Sequence record: DRR378314_60 | Direction: 5' to 3' (one strand) | DNA: 50,553 nucleotides | In this document: positions 48,727 to 50,553 of the stretch, in pieces | Layout of the letters: every line of letters begins with the position of its first letter | Position numbering within the stretch: position 1 is the stretch's first letter | Translations under genes and position numbers: made by a program | The notes under the pieces: model-generated | Told to the model about the DNA's origin: nothing | What the model saw: only the letters and a program-made list of their open reading frames with translations | Database searches by the model: none

Positions 48727-50553
48727 CTATTTTCTAAGTGCTGCCGCAAAGTTACACTCAGTTATCAGCACTCTATCAATATGATTTTTAATCTTAGTTT
48801 TTATCACCTTATGCTTAAAATCACTTAGACCAGTAGCCAAGCAGTTTAAATAATCTCGTACTGATATAAGCCACTCTAGCTCCCGTAACTTCATACCGCC
48901 TTGCACCTCAAAAAGCCTGGTTGAAAGTGCTATAAAAGCCAACCTCCTTTCTTCAGGGCCTAATTCAACTAGAATATTGGCAAACTCTGACTCTGGCACA
49001 TAAGAAAGTATTGGAATCTCCACATATGGATTTCGAGAAATATCATTATCACAAACCAAACTATAAAACCTTCTTGCATCAACTTCCAAGCAATTAAGCA
49101 GCTCTTCACCTCTAGAAAACAAAAAGGAATTCAACTCTTCTTTTATCTTTTTTAACAATACAACAGATAAATCATTAAAATCCTGATTATTCTGCTCAAG
49201 ATAGGCAAGACCGTATGCTGATTGAGAAAAATCCAACAAGCTACTTAGGCTATAATAAACGCCTATCTTATTATTGTTAAAATAATTATCAATATCCAAA
49301 TCAGCTACATTAAAGAAATCTTCAACGTAATCGTAACAAGCGGAAACAGCATCACTATAGGACTGGTCAACAAATGACTTACGAGCAAGCCAAATTTTAG
49401 AACTAAAAACATGTAAAATCTCTGAAGGCTCTTTGTAGTAACGATTATTGAATTTTTCTTCGAGCTGCTTGATAGCTTGATAAAATACTTCTTCATCCCT
49501 ATCATACCAATGCCAGATAACACTCCACTCCTGCTCACCGCTTTTAGCAGAAAAATATGGGCTTTCTAATAAATAACTATGTGAACGACCAGAGTCAGCA
49601 AACCCGTTAACAATAAAGTAGTGCCAAGCATCGTTTGATAAAAAATTACTTCTTAAATCAATACCTTTATATTTTTCAACAATACTATCAAAATTACTTT
49701 TCTTATAATTACCAGACTTAACTAAAAAATCATACATCATATAATCTTGTCTATTTAAAACATCATCTGCACTTAAACTTCCTGAGTGGTACTCAAAAAA
49801 CAGGCAAAAATACATACTCAAAAAATTTTCAAAAGCTACGTTTTCATCATCCTTCATATATTTAAAAAATATTAAAACATCAACCACTTCATAGATTGCT
49901 TGACGAAGTATCCTAAGGTTACAAAATCCTGAGCTTAGAAAAACATTTTGTAAAATTTCAATTTTTTCATTTAAAAGAATGACACCTTCTTTATGATTAA
50001 CTTCTTTCAAAAAAGACTCACTAGCTTCTTTAAAATTCGTTTCAAAAGATAATGTTTTTCCTATCACTTTTTCTTTATTATCCAAGTAATTTCTATCGAC
50101 TTCTCTAAGCTTTTCTTCATTAGCTAGAATTATTACTTTTACTCCGTCTTGCTCTAGAAGCGCACTTATAAAGCCAAAAACCTCTTTAATATTACCTTGA
50201 TATCTTTCTAAATCATCAAATACATAAAATTTATTTTTCCTAATCGGACTTACAAAATCATCTAATGATAAATTCACACCTATAGAGTTGTATTTAAGCA
50301 AAGAACCCAATAACGAGCCTGTGACCTTTACGCCTTTCTTACTTGCTACAGGCATGAAAACAGCTATCAATGCCTCATAAACTTCATTAATATTTGACAG
50401 ACCACTTAAAGATACGTAAGCAAATTTATTTTTATTACCATGATGAAGCTCTTTGAGATACCCTTTGATAAAAAAGGTCTTGCCAGCGCCCCACTTAGCA
50501 TTAATTAAGACGGAGTAACCTGGCTCATTTAAGCCAAGATAATAATCCAAGTA
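48727..50553 (-). CDS. KAP-family P-loop NTPase, 5' end outside the window
   Basis: Walker A NAKWGAGKT, YVSL.G, Walker B VFDDLER, IILANE, KEKVIG and NLR motifs; strongly AT-rich. Confidence 0.85.
   Translation of the reverse strand, partial: YLDYYLGLNEPGYSVLINAKWGAGKTFFIKGYLKELHHGNKNKFAYVSLSGLSNINEVYEALIAVFMPVASKKGVKVTGSLLGSLLKYNSIGVNLSLDDFVSPIRKNKFYVFDDLERYQGNIKEVFGFISALLEQDGVKVIILANEEKLREVDRNYLDNKEKVIGKTLSFETNFKEASESFLKEVNHKEGVILLNEKIEILQNVFLSSGFCNLRILRQAIYEVVDVLIFFKYMKDDENVAFENFLSMYFCLFFEYHSGSLSADDVLNRQDYMMYDFLVKSGNYKKSNFDSIVEKYKGIDLRSNFLSNDAWHYFIVNGFADSGRSHSYLLESPYFSAKSGEQEWSVIWHWYDRDEEVFYQAIKQLEEKFNNRYYKEPSEILHVFSSKIWLARKSFVDQSYSDAVSACYDYVEDFFNVADLDIDNYFNNNKIGVYYSLSSLLDFSQSAYGLAYLEQNNQDFNDLSVVLLKKIKEELNSFLFSRGEELLNCLEVDARRFYSLVCDNDISRNPYVEIPILSYVPESEFANILVELGPEERRLAFIALSTRLFEVQGGMKLRELEWLISVRDYLNCLATGLSDFKHKVIKTKIKNHIDRVLITECNFAAALRK

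Larger units (their letters stand above)
39364..50553 (-). mobile_element. Integrated phage satellite (P4/PICI-like), extending beyond the window
   Basis: Co-oriented alpA, ash, primase, DUF927 helicase, iterons, Sid/Psu-like gene and cos-like region, with AT-rich cargo on both sides; integrase not in window. Confidence 0.85.

Overview
Halomonas/Vreelandella-like gammaproteobacterial chromosome; the taxon is inferred from gene content and acidic proteins. 1-39.3 kb is a patchwork of catabolic loci: a D-aminoacylase/RidA/Na+:solute symporter operon; a 7-gene GAK (Grasp-Amphipathic-Kinase) system of unknown function; an L-carnitine catabolic cluster (amidase, cdhC-cdhA-cdhB, BCCT, esterase, CaiX-like binding protein, CdhR-like regulator) bracketed by an 86-bp direct repeat of the hutC leader; the hut operon with HutC operators and two candidate transporters; a periplasmic broad-spectrum racemase, a TRAP transporter, csiR-gabT-gabD, a CAP-domain protein and creA. 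From about 39.36 kb to the window end lies an integrated phage satellite read on the minus strand: KAP NTPase, alpA, ash, a split primase plus DUF927 helicase, an iteron origin, one Sid/Psu-like gene, a P2/P4-type cos region, AT-rich cargo and a tRNA-like att remnant. No integrase is in the window. The cargo appears to be a decayed integron cassette array (degenerate attC sites) encoding a HEPN-motif protein, a small-protein/membrane-protein pair and an HNH nuclease fused to a phage baseplate gp25/DUF2634-like domain. That fusion is the best candidate for an undescribed anti-phage system. All family assignments come from motif recognition by eye; no database searches were run.
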